64,000 nucleotides of DNA, taken from NCBI GenBank assembly GCA_963778115.1, contig CAVZSV010000004.1:2368001-2432000 (forward strand), in the 5' to 3' direction. Under the pieces are notes generated by a model. That model was not told the origin of the DNA. It saw only the letters and a program-made list of their open reading frames with translations, and ran no database searches. Shown piece after piece: positions 49,493 to 58,684 of this stretch (positions are counted from its first letter, which is position 1; each line of letters starts with the position of its first letter). The position numbers and the translations under genes are program-made. This DNA is from an uncultured delta proteobacterium (lineage in GTDB: Bacteria; Bdellovibrionota; FAC87; UBA2466).

Positions 49493-49516
49493 CGTCAAAT
49501 TTTAACACGGTTAAGC

Positions 49517-50248
49517 TTAGACCGCGTATTTCTTGCTTCTGGAGCCGGGAGCGGCTAGTCGACTTTGCACGGCAAGCGTTGAAAGAAAGCGCGCCACCTT
49601 AATTACGTTATCGATCTTAAGTGCCTTTGACTTGCCATGGGGCCGGTATGTGATTTTGGTGCCGACCTCTTTAAAGCTATGTCCCTGCTTCAGTAACTTC
49701 ACAAGCGCTTCAGCCTGATAACCAAAGCTATCAGTTTCGATGGCAACTTTCTTAATCAGTTTGGTTTTGTGAAGCACGGCACCATTATAATAACGCAGAC
49801 GACAGCCGGAAATGAAGTTAACCAGGGTGACGAATGCGGAAGACAAAAAACGTCTTCCCAAGGGACGAACTTCAGCATTACTCGTGTAGGGAATAATAAT
49901 GTCGGCATCACCCGCGATGGCAAAAATACTTTCCATGACATCGATGCCACATTCATTATCGCCAGGAATCATAATCACAAATTGCTTGGTTGCCTTTTCC
50001 ACACCCTCTTTGTAGCAAGCCCCTAAATTCCGGGGTGTCGGATGGTGGGTGACACGGATTTGCGGGTTAGCTTTAGCAAGGCTGTCCCCAATAAGACCGG
50101 TTCTGTCGCTACTACCATCATCAAAAAGCAAAAGCTCCCAATCTTCGAAATGCTTAGCGACTACGAGAAGCACATTCTTTACGGTCGCTTCTAGATTCTT
50201 CTCTTCGTTAAGAGCTGGAATGATGACGGAAATGGAACCTTTGGCCAT
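49517..50248 (-). CDS. GT2 glycosyltransferase, DPM1-like
   Basis: SVIIPALNEE, DDGSSDRT, PGDN and R.HGKSK motifs. Start ATG 50248. Confidence 0.88.
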   Translation of the reverse strand: MAKGSISVIIPALNEEKNLEATVKNVLLVVAKHFEDWELLLFDDGSSDRTGLIGDSLAKANPQIRVTHHPTPRNLGACYKEGVEKATKQFVIMIPGDNECGIDVMESIFAIAGDADIIIPYTSNAEVRPLGRRFLSSAFVTLVNFISGCRLRYYNGAVLHKTKLIKKVAIETDSFGYQAEALVKLLKQGHSFKEVGTKITYRPHGKSKALKIDNVIKVARFLSTLAVQSRLAAPGSRSKKYAV

Positions 50249-50586
50249 AGGAAACCTCGTAACCCACGATAACAGTGGGCGTCTCAATTATCAAATAATG
50301 GAAAACGGTACCTTTCCAGGAGCTGGATCCGGGATAGGCCAGGTCCTCGTCTCATTTCCGCCTGGATTGTGCCTCGCAAATGGGTCAGGATTTAGCTTAA
50401 GGCTCAGCAAAGCGTTAACATTTGTTTTTGAAGCTATCTAATCTGTACTTTCGAATAGTTGTCTTTAGATTCGATGACCATTTGGGTCGATCCGCCAAAG
50501 CCTGCTTGGCTCTTCGAGTGTAAATCGTTCCTTATTCAATACCGGTGTGGTACTTTTTAGATTATCTTCTTTTCTGTCTTCTCTAG

Positions 50587-51657
50587 ATGGACTCAAAAAT
50601 TTTACAAAATTTGGAAGTGGCAAAGGCACACTTCTATTCTCTTAGGTTAGTTGAAGCCTACAACATCCTGCGTCGCTACTACGATCGGTTGCCTTTTCAG
50701 GCAGATCCAGAGCACGGCGAATATATTGGCATGTTCGTTCGTATACTCGTTGAACTGGGTAAAGAATCCGAACTGCAATTTTATTTGGGTGCTTTGAGTA
50801 AGCTTCGGTTTAAGACAAAGGATCCTGCCACTACGTTTCAATTGGGAACGATATATTTCTTTCTGAAAGAGCCTCGTTATGAGGAAGGCAAAAAATTATT
50901 CGAAGAGCTTCTAAGGGATCCCGCCGCGCGAGACTATCACGCCAAAACAAAGATGTGGTTAGCGCACTATTACCACGTGGTTCGTCATGATTTGGGTGCT
51001 ACGCGACAATTAATCTTTTCCATCAAAGAATGCTCGGCCACTGACAAAGTATTCGTGGATATTTGGAAAGGCGTCATTCTTCTCGATGAAAAGGACTTCA
51101 TCAATGCGGAGCGTCAGTTTATCAACGTGATTGAAACGGTAACGCTAGAGCAAAATTGGTACGCCGTCTTTTCAGCCAAGGTAAATCTGGCGCTGACTTA
51201 CGTTGACCAGGGAATGCCGGAAAGAGCCACCCTATTGATTTCGGAAGTTCGAACTCTATTCGCGGAGAAGAACTGCAAATCAGTGGCGCGTTTTATCGAA
51301 GGGTTGGAGAAACAAATTGCCGAAGGTTCTAAGCCGGGGCCCATGACGCTGCGCTGCCTGGACGGTGAGAAGACGCTCTCCTATGAAAAAAAGAGTTTGG
51401 CTTTGAACACTAAGGTTCCCTCCGATAAACTGCTCTTGGCACTCGCGAAGAAGGGGTACCTGGACAAAGCCTTCATCGTAAAAACACTTTACGCCCGCCC
51501 CTACGATGCGAAGCGAGATGACAAGCTTATTTATTACCATATTCATACCGTGAGAAAGAGACTGGGCGAGATGGGCGTCCCGTCGGAAGCTATCCTGTCG
51601 GAAGATGGCGGATACCGCTTAGTGTCGGAAGTAGAAACCTTCGAGGAGGAACTGTGA
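50587..51657 (+). CDS. TPR-containing protein with C-terminal OmpR/PhoB-like winged helix (putative regulator)
   Basis: TPR-like helices. C-terminal KAFIVKTLY...Y....DDKLIYYHIHTVRKRL.....I.....GYRL. Confidence 0.75.
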   Translation: MDSKILQNLEVAKAHFYSLRLVEAYNILRRYYDRLPFQADPEHGEYIGMFVRILVELGKESELQFYLGALSKLRFKTKDPATTFQLGTIYFFLKEPRYEEGKKLFEELLRDPAARDYHAKTKMWLAHYYHVVRHDLGATRQLIFSIKECSATDKVFVDIWKGVILLDEKDFINAERQFINVIETVTLEQNWYAVFSAKVNLALTYVDQGMPERATLLISEVRTLFAEKNCKSVARFIEGLEKQIAEGSKPGPMTLRCLDGEKTLSYEKKSLALNTKVPSDKLLLALAKKGYLDKAFIVKTLYARPYDAKRDDKLIYYHIHTVRKRLGEMGVPSEAILSEDGGYRLVSEVETFEEEL

Positions 51658-52766
51658 TGGCACGCGCGCTTGGGTTGGTTTTGGCGATATTCGCCCTGCT
51701 CTGCCAAACTGGAGAAGCCTCTCGGTCGCACTGCGGAGGAATTGGCCCGACCCCTTTAACGGATATCTCGAGCACACTAAAGTACCACGTGCAAACCCTG
51801 GATGCCGTTGCCGGTGTAAAAGAATTTTTATATCAGGAGACCAGCAATTCCGTCATTTACCGAAATACTAATGACGAGATACGCGGACTCGCCTTTAGCC
51901 AATCCACGGGCGATTATGCGAGCACCACCCTGCTATCGACTTCGGTCTATCCCCTTTCCCGTGTGGTGGATCCTACCGAGACCTTCGTTCTCACCGATGG
52001 GTATGGTTGGATGCTCAACGAAAAGGACCAGACCTGGGCCGAGTTCAGTACCCTTACGAACTTACAGGAACTTTATTGGAGCGGGGACACCATCTATTCC
52101 TTGGCGACCAACCTACAAACCAATGGGAATACCGAATATGATTTCTATTCGTATGAAGTGGGGGGGGATTACCAGAGAAAGCTTTGCAGCGTAACTTCGA
52201 CCGCATCGGCTCCGTATACTTTGGCAGAAGGACATGAGTATCCCTACGTCTTCTTCTATCGAGATCAGATTATTTCTGGTTCGGATAGGGAAGCCCTGGT
52301 GTACGCTTACGATCTTTCCTCGTGCACGATGGGCTCGCCCACCCAATATTCCAATATTAAAGGACCCGTTAAGAGCGTTTACCGATTTGATTCGATAGAT
52401 TCCACGGCCGTGGTTTTTGACAGCCCCACCGAAAATTTATTATGGGACGGTGCTGGGGGCTGCCAATTCTACGAGATCGACAATGAATCGCCTATCGTGC
52501 CCAATTTCAATCAGCCCGTGGTCGCTACCTTTACCGCAGGCCAGGGAGTCACCGTGTACTTCTTAACGACACAGAACAAAGCGACTTTCTTAAAGGGACT
52601 TCCCGTTAATGAGCTAAATCAAGGCGACTTATGGCTAACCGATTCGGGTAGAAAACTCTTCCTGGCGCCCCTCTTTAATGGCGAGCGGTATCACTGGTTA
52701 TTGAATTTAAATTTGGCGGCTAATCAGAACAACGATGGGCTGACAGGACTAAAGCCTACACGCTAA
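51657..52766 (+). CDS. Secreted beta-rich hypothetical protein (possible beta-propeller)
   Basis: Signal peptide, GAGGAGG RBS, TGATG overlap with the upstream gene, Tyr/Thr/Ser-rich beta strands. Confidence 0.75.
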   Translation: MARALGLVLAIFALLCQTGEASRSHCGGIGPTPLTDISSTLKYHVQTLDAVAGVKEFLYQETSNSVIYRNTNDEIRGLAFSQSTGDYASTTLLSTSVYPLSRVVDPTETFVLTDGYGWMLNEKDQTWAEFSTLTNLQELYWSGDTIYSLATNLQTNGNTEYDFYSYEVGGDYQRKLCSVTSTASAPYTLAEGHEYPYVFFYRDQIISGSDREALVYAYDLSSCTMGSPTQYSNIKGPVKSVYRFDSIDSTAVVFDSPTENLLWDGAGGCQFYEIDNESPIVPNFNQPVVATFTAGQGVTVYFLTTQNKATFLKGLPVNELNQGDLWLTDSGRKLFLAPLFNGERYHWLLNLNLAANQNNDGLTGLKPTR

Positions 52767-53172
52767 GAGAAGCTTCGTACTTCTTCGCCCGTGACCGCCA
52801 TTTGAGGAATAATCCGCCGAAACCGGCGAGCACCATTCCCACCACGGCTAGCAGAAATAGAATAGCGGTATTAGCACTTTGAACCAGTGGGGATTTAGGA
52901 TTTCCAAAGCAAACCGCACACGCTAAGGCGCCCGTCGGATGGCTAAAGAAAAGGCAAGCCAAGGCAAAGCCGTAAGCGATGTTCTTCATCTTCCTAAGCA
53001 CCCAACCTAAGTAGAGCGAGAGTCCGAAGGTCCAAATCAGGGCGAGATAGCCCATGATCATGGTGCTATGGCTCCCCACTTCCTGCCCCTCGTTGAAGCA
53101 CCACACGGCAAACCAAGTGCCTAAAGCGAGACAGACAATAATGAAGAACAGATGAAACGATTTCAGAGACAT
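52756..53172 (-). CDS. Small membrane protein of the cox operon with a CxxC motif
   Basis: MSLKSFHLFFII TM pair, then ACAVCFG and a further TM; GGAGA RBS. Confidence 0.7.
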   Translation of the reverse strand: MSLKSFHLFFIIVCLALGTWFAVWCFNEGQEVGSHSTMIMGYLALIWTFGLSLYLGWVLRKMKNIAYGFALACLFFSHPTGALACAVCFGNPKSPLVQSANTAILFLLAVVGMVLAGFGGLFLKWRSRAKKYEASLSV

Positions 53173-53198
53173 AAATATTCTCCAGTACTAGTGGTCGA

Positions 53199-53558
53199 CT
53201 ATTCCTTCTCCGGAGCCGCGATCGGAGCCGTTGAGGCCGGTGCCGGACTCCACATGGGACCAATGACCGCATCTTCTTGAACGGTTATCACAGGGATCAA
53301 TAAAACAAGAAAGAAAAAGAAGACGGTCAATCCCAACACCCAGTAGATAATTTTTTTCTCTCCGATGAGATGCATGAAATAGCCGCCCACCAAAGAGCCC
53401 TTAGTCAGTGCTATGACGAGACACACAATAATCGCGTAATGGATGGGCAAGTGGTAGTAACCAACCCCTACCGTAATTGCCGTCAGGGCTAGCAGAGCCC
53501 CAAAGACGCCCCAATAAATTCCAATATGCTTTTTTACCTCTTCGGCCGAAGAACTCAT
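53199..53558 (-). CDS. Cytochrome c oxidase subunit IV
   Basis: YWGVFGALLALT and KGSLVGGYFMHL..E motifs. Confidence 0.9.
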   Translation of the reverse strand: MSSSAEEVKKHIGIYWGVFGALLALTAITVGVGYYHLPIHYAIIVCLVIALTKGSLVGGYFMHLIGEKKIIYWVLGLTVFFFFLVLLIPVITVQEDAVIGPMWSPAPASTAPIAAPEKE

Positions 53559-53608
53559 GGATGCTCTCCTATCGTCTAAAGTACAAACTTCCGTTCAAGT
53601 CCCAGCCA

Positions 53609-54205
53609 TTACAGCAAATAGATGGTCGGGAACAAGAAGATCCACACCAAGTCTACAAAATGCCAGTATAACCCAGCACACTCGATTCTGCCGGTGAACT
53701 GTTCGGGATTGGTTTTCCACATCTTACTACCCGGAAACATCAGATAGGCATTTACCACGATGCCACCAATGATATGCAGCGCGTGCAAGCCAGTCAGTGT
53801 GAAATAGACGGCAAAAAAGTTACTCGTCCAAGGGAAATGGTTGTGGTGGAACTTATCGCTGTACTCGATACTCTTTATCGCCAGGAATATAAACGAGCAT
53901 AGTAGCGTTAGCCCCATATACATCCGGAACTTCCCAAACTGGTTAAGTTTCAAGGAGACCCAGGCCATGACGATCGTAACACTGGAAAAGATGAGGATCA
54001 CGGTGTTCGCGGCCGCCCACGCTACGTGGAGTTCCTGATATCCGTGGGGCCAGCTTTCCGAACCGACGCGTAACATGATGTACGCCGAAAACAGAGCGCC
54101 GAACAACATGACTTCGGAGGCCAAAAACAACCAGGTTCCGAATTTCCCATTGGTGATTCCCGTCACCGGATGCGGCTTATAGATATAAGGGATCAATTCA
54201 TCCAT
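53609..54205 (-). CDS. coxC: Cytochrome c oxidase subunit III
   Basis: WLFLASEVMLF, TGLHALH and GLYWHFVDLVW motifs. Confidence 0.95.
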   Translation of the reverse strand: MDELIPYIYKPHPVTGITNGKFGTWLFLASEVMLFGALFSAYIMLRVGSESWPHGYQELHVAWAAANTVILIFSSVTIVMAWVSLKLNQFGKFRMYMGLTLLCSFIFLAIKSIEYSDKFHHNHFPWTSNFFAVYFTLTGLHALHIIGGIVVNAYLMFPGSKMWKTNPEQFTGRIECAGLYWHFVDLVWIFLFPTIYLL

Positions 54206-54219
54206 GACTTTTAAGCCTC

Positions 54220-55959
54220 CTAAATGTTTTGCGGGATGAACTCATGCTCGTCCCCCGCATAATCGTACGGTCCTCGGTGTGCTTCGACTGGATGCGTGAA
54301 ATTTCCATGGGGAGGAGGAGTGGGGGTTGCCCATTCCAACGTTGTCGATTCCCAAGGATTATCGTTAGCGACTTTGCCGTGCTTGCGACTGAGGAAAAGA
54401 TTTAAAATAAAGGGAATCTGGAAGCACGCCAGCGACCACGCCGAGACCGACATTACCACGTTCAGTGGGAAAACCGCCTTAGCATGAGCGTATAAACTCA
54501 TGTCGTAGAGACGTCGAGAGACACCCGCCATTCCGACAAAGAACATCGGAAAGAAGATCCCGTTCATGCATACGAACGATCCCCAAAAATGAACCTTACC
54601 CCAGAATTCCGACATTTTTCTGCCGGTTAGTTTCGGATACCAATGGTAAATCCCGGCGAACATCGCGAATATCGTTCCGGGTGCTACCACGTAATGGAAA
54701 TGTCCGATGACATAATAGGTGTCATGCAGATAGATGTCTGACGCCGTCAAACCTAGAGGGAGACCTGTCAAACCACCAATCGCAAACATCGGCAAGAAGG
54801 CCGTCGCGAACAGCATGGGCACGTTGAACCGAATGGACGCTCCCCATAGCGTCAGTAAGAACGTGGTGACGATAATGACCGAAGGAATGGAGATGATCAT
54901 CGTGGTTGCCTGGAAGAAGGAGCTCAAGGTGGTTCCCATTCCCGTCATGAACATGTGATGCGCCCAAACTACAAACGACATGAATCCCAAAAAGATTAGG
55001 GAATAGACCAAGGTATTGTAGCCGTAGAGGGGCTTTCGCGTGTTGGTCGTGATCACTTCAGCGATAATACCGACTGCCGGCAAGATCAGCACGTAGACTT
55101 CAGGATGGGCCAAGAACCAGAACAGATGCTGCCAAAGCAGAGGGTTTCCCCCGCCAGCGACATGAGATTGCTCACCGCTGATGACGAGGCCACTCGGCAG
55201 GAAAAAGCTCGTGCCCGCTAAACGATCCATCAATTGCAGAACACCCGCCGCTTCCAGAGGAGGGAAAGCTAACAATAGCAGAAACGAAGTGACCAGCTGC
55301 GCCCAAGTAAAGATGGGCATCCGAAAGAAGGACATCCCTTTCACCCGTAGTTGAACGCAGGTCACGATGAAATTCACGGAACCTAGCAACGACGAAGTGA
55401 TGAGAAATACCATTCCCAAGAGCCACGTCGTTTGGCCTGTCGGAGCAATGTCAGACAGCGGAGGATAAGAGGTCCACCCCGATTGGGCGGCACCACCCGG
55501 CATGAAAAAGCTGGAGAGCATGACGATTCCGCCCGTGAGAAACACCCAATAGCTCAACATATTGAGTTTGGGAAACGCCATATCCCCCGCTCCGATCTGA
55601 AGCGGAAGTAGGTAATTACCAAAAGCTCCGACGGCCAGAGGCACGATACCCAAGAACACCATGATGGTGCCGTGCATCGCGCCTAACTGGTTGTAGAATT
55701 CGGGGGCCATCGGGCCACCCGCGAAGGCATTAGTATGATCTCCAAGCCATCCTCCGATGAACGGAAGCGCTTGGCCCGGAAACGCCAACTGCCATCGCAT
55801 CAGCATGACCAGACAGAATCCGAAAAAAAGAAAGAGCAAGGAAGTAAATCCATACTGAATTCCGATCCATTTGTGATCGGTCGAAAAAACATATTTCCGA
55901 AGAAAACTCAGCTCATGGTGAGCGTGGTCGGAATGGTGGTGAGTATCGTGCGAACTCAT
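54220..55959 (-). CDS. coxA: Cytochrome c oxidase subunit I (A1-type)
   Basis: STDHKWIG, MHGTIM, FWFLAHPEVY, VWAHHM, HDTYYVIGHFHY and RR motifs. Confidence 0.97.
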   Translation of the reverse strand: MSSHDTHHHSDHAHHELSFLRKYVFSTDHKWIGIQYGFTSLLFLFFGFCLVMLMRWQLAFPGQALPFIGGWLGDHTNAFAGGPMAPEFYNQLGAMHGTIMVFLGIVPLAVGAFGNYLLPLQIGAGDMAFPKLNMLSYWVFLTGGIVMLSSFFMPGGAAQSGWTSYPPLSDIAPTGQTTWLLGMVFLITSSLLGSVNFIVTCVQLRVKGMSFFRMPIFTWAQLVTSFLLLLAFPPLEAAGVLQLMDRLAGTSFFLPSGLVISGEQSHVAGGGNPLLWQHLFWFLAHPEVYVLILPAVGIIAEVITTNTRKPLYGYNTLVYSLIFLGFMSFVVWAHHMFMTGMGTTLSSFFQATTMIISIPSVIIVTTFLLTLWGASIRFNVPMLFATAFLPMFAIGGLTGLPLGLTASDIYLHDTYYVIGHFHYVVAPGTIFAMFAGIYHWYPKLTGRKMSEFWGKVHFWGSFVCMNGIFFPMFFVGMAGVSRRLYDMSLYAHAKAVFPLNVVMSVSAWSLACFQIPFILNLFLSRKHGKVANDNPWESTTLEWATPTPPPHGNFTHPVEAHRGPYDYAGDEHEFIPQNI

Positions 55960-56780
55960 TTCGAACTCCCTTCATTAGCCTTGTCAGCATTGCCATCAGT
56001 GGGCGGTGTTTCACTATCCGCGTTATCGGCCGCCAGTTGCTTCTCTTGGTCCGCCATCCAGGCGGCATATTGTTCTGGGGTATCAATCGATAACATTCCA
56101 CGCATCCGGTAATGGCCCAGACCGCAAAGCTGCGCGCAGGCAATTTCGAAATCGGGGCCGGTCTTCGCGGCTTCAAACCAAATGGGGATCGTCATTCCAG
56201 GAATAACGTCCTGTTTCACGCGCAAGACGGGCAGGGAAAAGGAATGGATAACATCTTTGGACGATAGATACACAATCACCGGCTTTCCCGTCGGAACGTG
56301 CAAGTCATTAATGGTGGTGATGTCGTCTTTGCCATCCGGATCGTCCCTGTCGAGCCCTAACGGATTTGAGCTGCTGACTAGCTCGGGTCGGACGCGACCA
56401 AACTTTCCGTCTTGGCCGGGGTAGTGAATGTTCCAAGAGAACTGTTCGGCGACTATTCGGATAAGGACCGCGTCTTTCTCAGCCGGGAAATCTTTTTTCA
56501 CCCGATACCAAATGGGTGAGGAGAGAAATACAAGTAGGATCACTTCAATGATAGCGACCCCTATCTCAATCCAGGTGGGTAAGCGAAAATGTTTGTGGAC
56601 GGCGAACGCCTTGTGGCCGGGACGGGCGCGGAATCGGATGAGAACATAGACGAGGTAGATACCCCATCCGACAAATAGGATCGCCATGAAGACGTGAATC
56701 AGATTGATAAGTTGGTCGATGCCGGCGTTATTTGCGGATGCATTTACCGGCAGCCACCATCCGTAGGGCTTTTGCTCCAT
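55956..56780 (-). CDS. coxB: Cytochrome c oxidase subunit II
   Basis: Two TMs; CuA ligands DVIHSF...CAQLCGLGHYRM. Confidence 0.96.
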   Translation of the reverse strand: MEQKPYGWWLPVNASANNAGIDQLINLIHVFMAILFVGWGIYLVYVLIRFRARPGHKAFAVHKHFRLPTWIEIGVAIIEVILLVFLSSPIWYRVKKDFPAEKDAVLIRIVAEQFSWNIHYPGQDGKFGRVRPELVSSSNPLGLDRDDPDGKDDITTINDLHVPTGKPVIVYLSSKDVIHSFSLPVLRVKQDVIPGMTIPIWFEAAKTGPDFEIACAQLCGLGHYRMRGMLSIDTPEQYAAWMADQEKQLAADNADSETPPTDGNADKANEGSSK

Positions 56781-57141
56781 TGCTTACATTCCCCCGAAGT
56801 TGAGGTGTGTTGAGATGTGGCGCGAGTGGTCAAAGAAGCTGGCAGCAGATACCGCAGCGGCAACGAGCACAACATGACGACAAGACAGCAGCCAAAAAGC
56901 TTGTGCAAAAACTCACGCAGAATCTCAACGAGTTCGGTTTCCCAAGCGTTGTTCGAACTGACGAATATAACTGGTCTATTTGACTGTCAATCGGTATCTG
57001 GCGCGGCTCTAACGAAAAACCAATAATCGTCTCTGAGATTTAGTTGAATAATGCAGTGTATTAAGAGGGGGAAACTCGGAATCGTTCACGTGTACGAAGA
57101 AAGGCGTGACACCTAACAGCGTGCTCGGATGTCCCCGTGCG

Positions 57142-57191
57142 GATAAACATAAGCGTAGACGTAGACTTAGACGTGAGCGTGAACGTGAACG
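57142..57191. repeat. Degenerate 6-bp tandem repeat (CGTAGA/CGTGAA units) in the coxB-hmgA intergenic region
   Basis: cgtaga cgtaga cttaga cgtgag cgtgaa cgtgaa at 57154-57189. A complementary CGTTCACG lies at 57083-57090. Confidence 0.7.
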
Positions 57192-57349
57192 GATCCGACG
57201 CCGAACGACCAATAGTTCCAAATCGTCGCTGTTCCGTCTCACCTCTCCTGCCGCTCCCCCCCTCTTAGGATCTAGATGACAACCAGTCGCCTAGCGATCA
57301 AAATCTCTTTGGGTCGAAGTCGACGGGAAGGGGAAAACGGTTTTGACGC

Positions 57350-58684
57350 ATGTCCGTGCTTAAGTATCAAGCTGGGTTTGGAAACCACTTCTCCACGGAA
57401 GCCTTACCAGGAGCGCTTCCCGAGGGGCAGAACAGTCCGCAAAAGGTTGCCTTCGGACTTTACGCTGAACAGTTGAGTGGCTCGGCTTTCACCTCTCCGC
57501 GTTCTCAAAACCTAAGATCTTGGCTCTATCGAATAAAGCCCTCTGTCGTTCAGGGAAGTTTTCATCCTTTGGAACCAGCGGTTCCCTTGCTTCGGAGTCG
57601 GCCGTTTCATGTACCGATGGGTCCGGATGCTTTGCGGTGGGACGCGTTTGCGATTCCTTCGGCCCCTGTCGATTTTGTCGAGGGGCTCAGAACGATAGCG
57701 GGCAACGGGGACTCAAGCTCCTACCGCGGATCCGCCATCCACCTCTATGCGGCCAACCGATCGATGGCGGCAGCGAATCGCTTCTTCTATAACGCCGACG
57801 GTGAACTGCTATTGGTTCCAGAGCAAGGAGCCATTTCGCTTCGAACAGAGATGGGAGAACTGCAAGTCGCTCCCGGGGAGATCGTGGTGGTTCCGCGAGG
57901 AATCAAATTTCAGGTCAACCCCAAAGACAAGACTTGCCGAGGATATGCTTGTGAGAATTACGGCCCGCCATTTCGCCTACCCGATCTAGGTCTAATCGGA
58001 TCCAATGGTTTGGCCAATCCTAGGGATTTTTGCTACCCCACGGCTTGTTACGAAGAGAAAAACGGGAAGTATCAGTTGGTGGCTAAATTTCAGGGGGCGC
58101 TTTTCGTCGCGGAGCTGGATCATTCTCCTTTAGATGTCGTGGCATGGCACGGAAACTACGCGCCCTATAAGTACGATCTCGATAAATTTCAGGTCATGGG
58201 CTCCATTAGTATCGACCATCCGGATCCTTCGATTTTTACCGTCCTGACGTCACCTTCCGAGATCCCTGGAACGGCGAATGTCGATTTTGTGATCTTTTCG
58301 CCCAGGTGGCTGGTAATGCAGCACACTTTTAGACCTCCCTACTTTCATCGTAATGGGATGAGTGAGTACATGGGGTTAATTCGGGGACAGTATGATGCTA
58401 GGCAACGCGGTTTTACTCCCGGAGGAGGGAGCTTGCACAATTGCATGACGCCGCACGGACCCGACGCCGACAATTATGAAAAAGCGGTGGCCTCGGATCT
58501 CAAACCACAATTTCTCGAACATACTTTGGCTTTTATGTTTGAAAGTTCCCTTCCTTATCAAGTGACGGCCTTCGCCAGGGAAGCCAAGGAGCTGCAAAAA
58601 GATTATCTGTCTTGTTGGTCTGGCTTAAAGAGCCATTTCCGTCCCGCCACAGGGGAGAGCGGGTCGGGTAGGGAGGACAAATGA
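57350..58684 (+). CDS. hmgA: Homogentisate 1,2-dioxygenase
   Basis: GFGNHF..EA..GALP.GQNSPQ, WHGNYAPYKY, HTFRPPYFHRN.MSE and SLHNCMTPHGPD motifs. Confidence 0.97.
   Translation: MSVLKYQAGFGNHFSTEALPGALPEGQNSPQKVAFGLYAEQLSGSAFTSPRSQNLRSWLYRIKPSVVQGSFHPLEPAVPLLRSRPFHVPMGPDALRWDAFAIPSAPVDFVEGLRTIAGNGDSSSYRGSAIHLYAANRSMAAANRFFYNADGELLLVPEQGAISLRTEMGELQVAPGEIVVVPRGIKFQVNPKDKTCRGYACENYGPPFRLPDLGLIGSNGLANPRDFCYPTACYEEKNGKYQLVAKFQGALFVAELDHSPLDVVAWHGNYAPYKYDLDKFQVMGSISIDHPDPSIFTVLTSPSEIPGTANVDFVIFSPRWLVMQHTFRPPYFHRNGMSEYMGLIRGQYDARQRGFTPGGGSLHNCMTPHGPDADNYEKAVASDLKPQFLEHTLAFMFESSLPYQVTAFAREAKELQKDYLSCWSGLKSHFRPATGESGSGREDK

Noticed and set aside
56095..56140. CAQLC instead of CxExC in the CuA motif as a sign of an inactive oxidase
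   Set aside because: That position ligates through its backbone carbonyl, and the His/Cys/Met ligands are all intact.
57009..57242. 77-aa ORF with an RSRSRSRLSLRLRL tract
   Set aside because: The low-complexity peptide is just the translation of the hexamer repeat; there is no other coding evidence.
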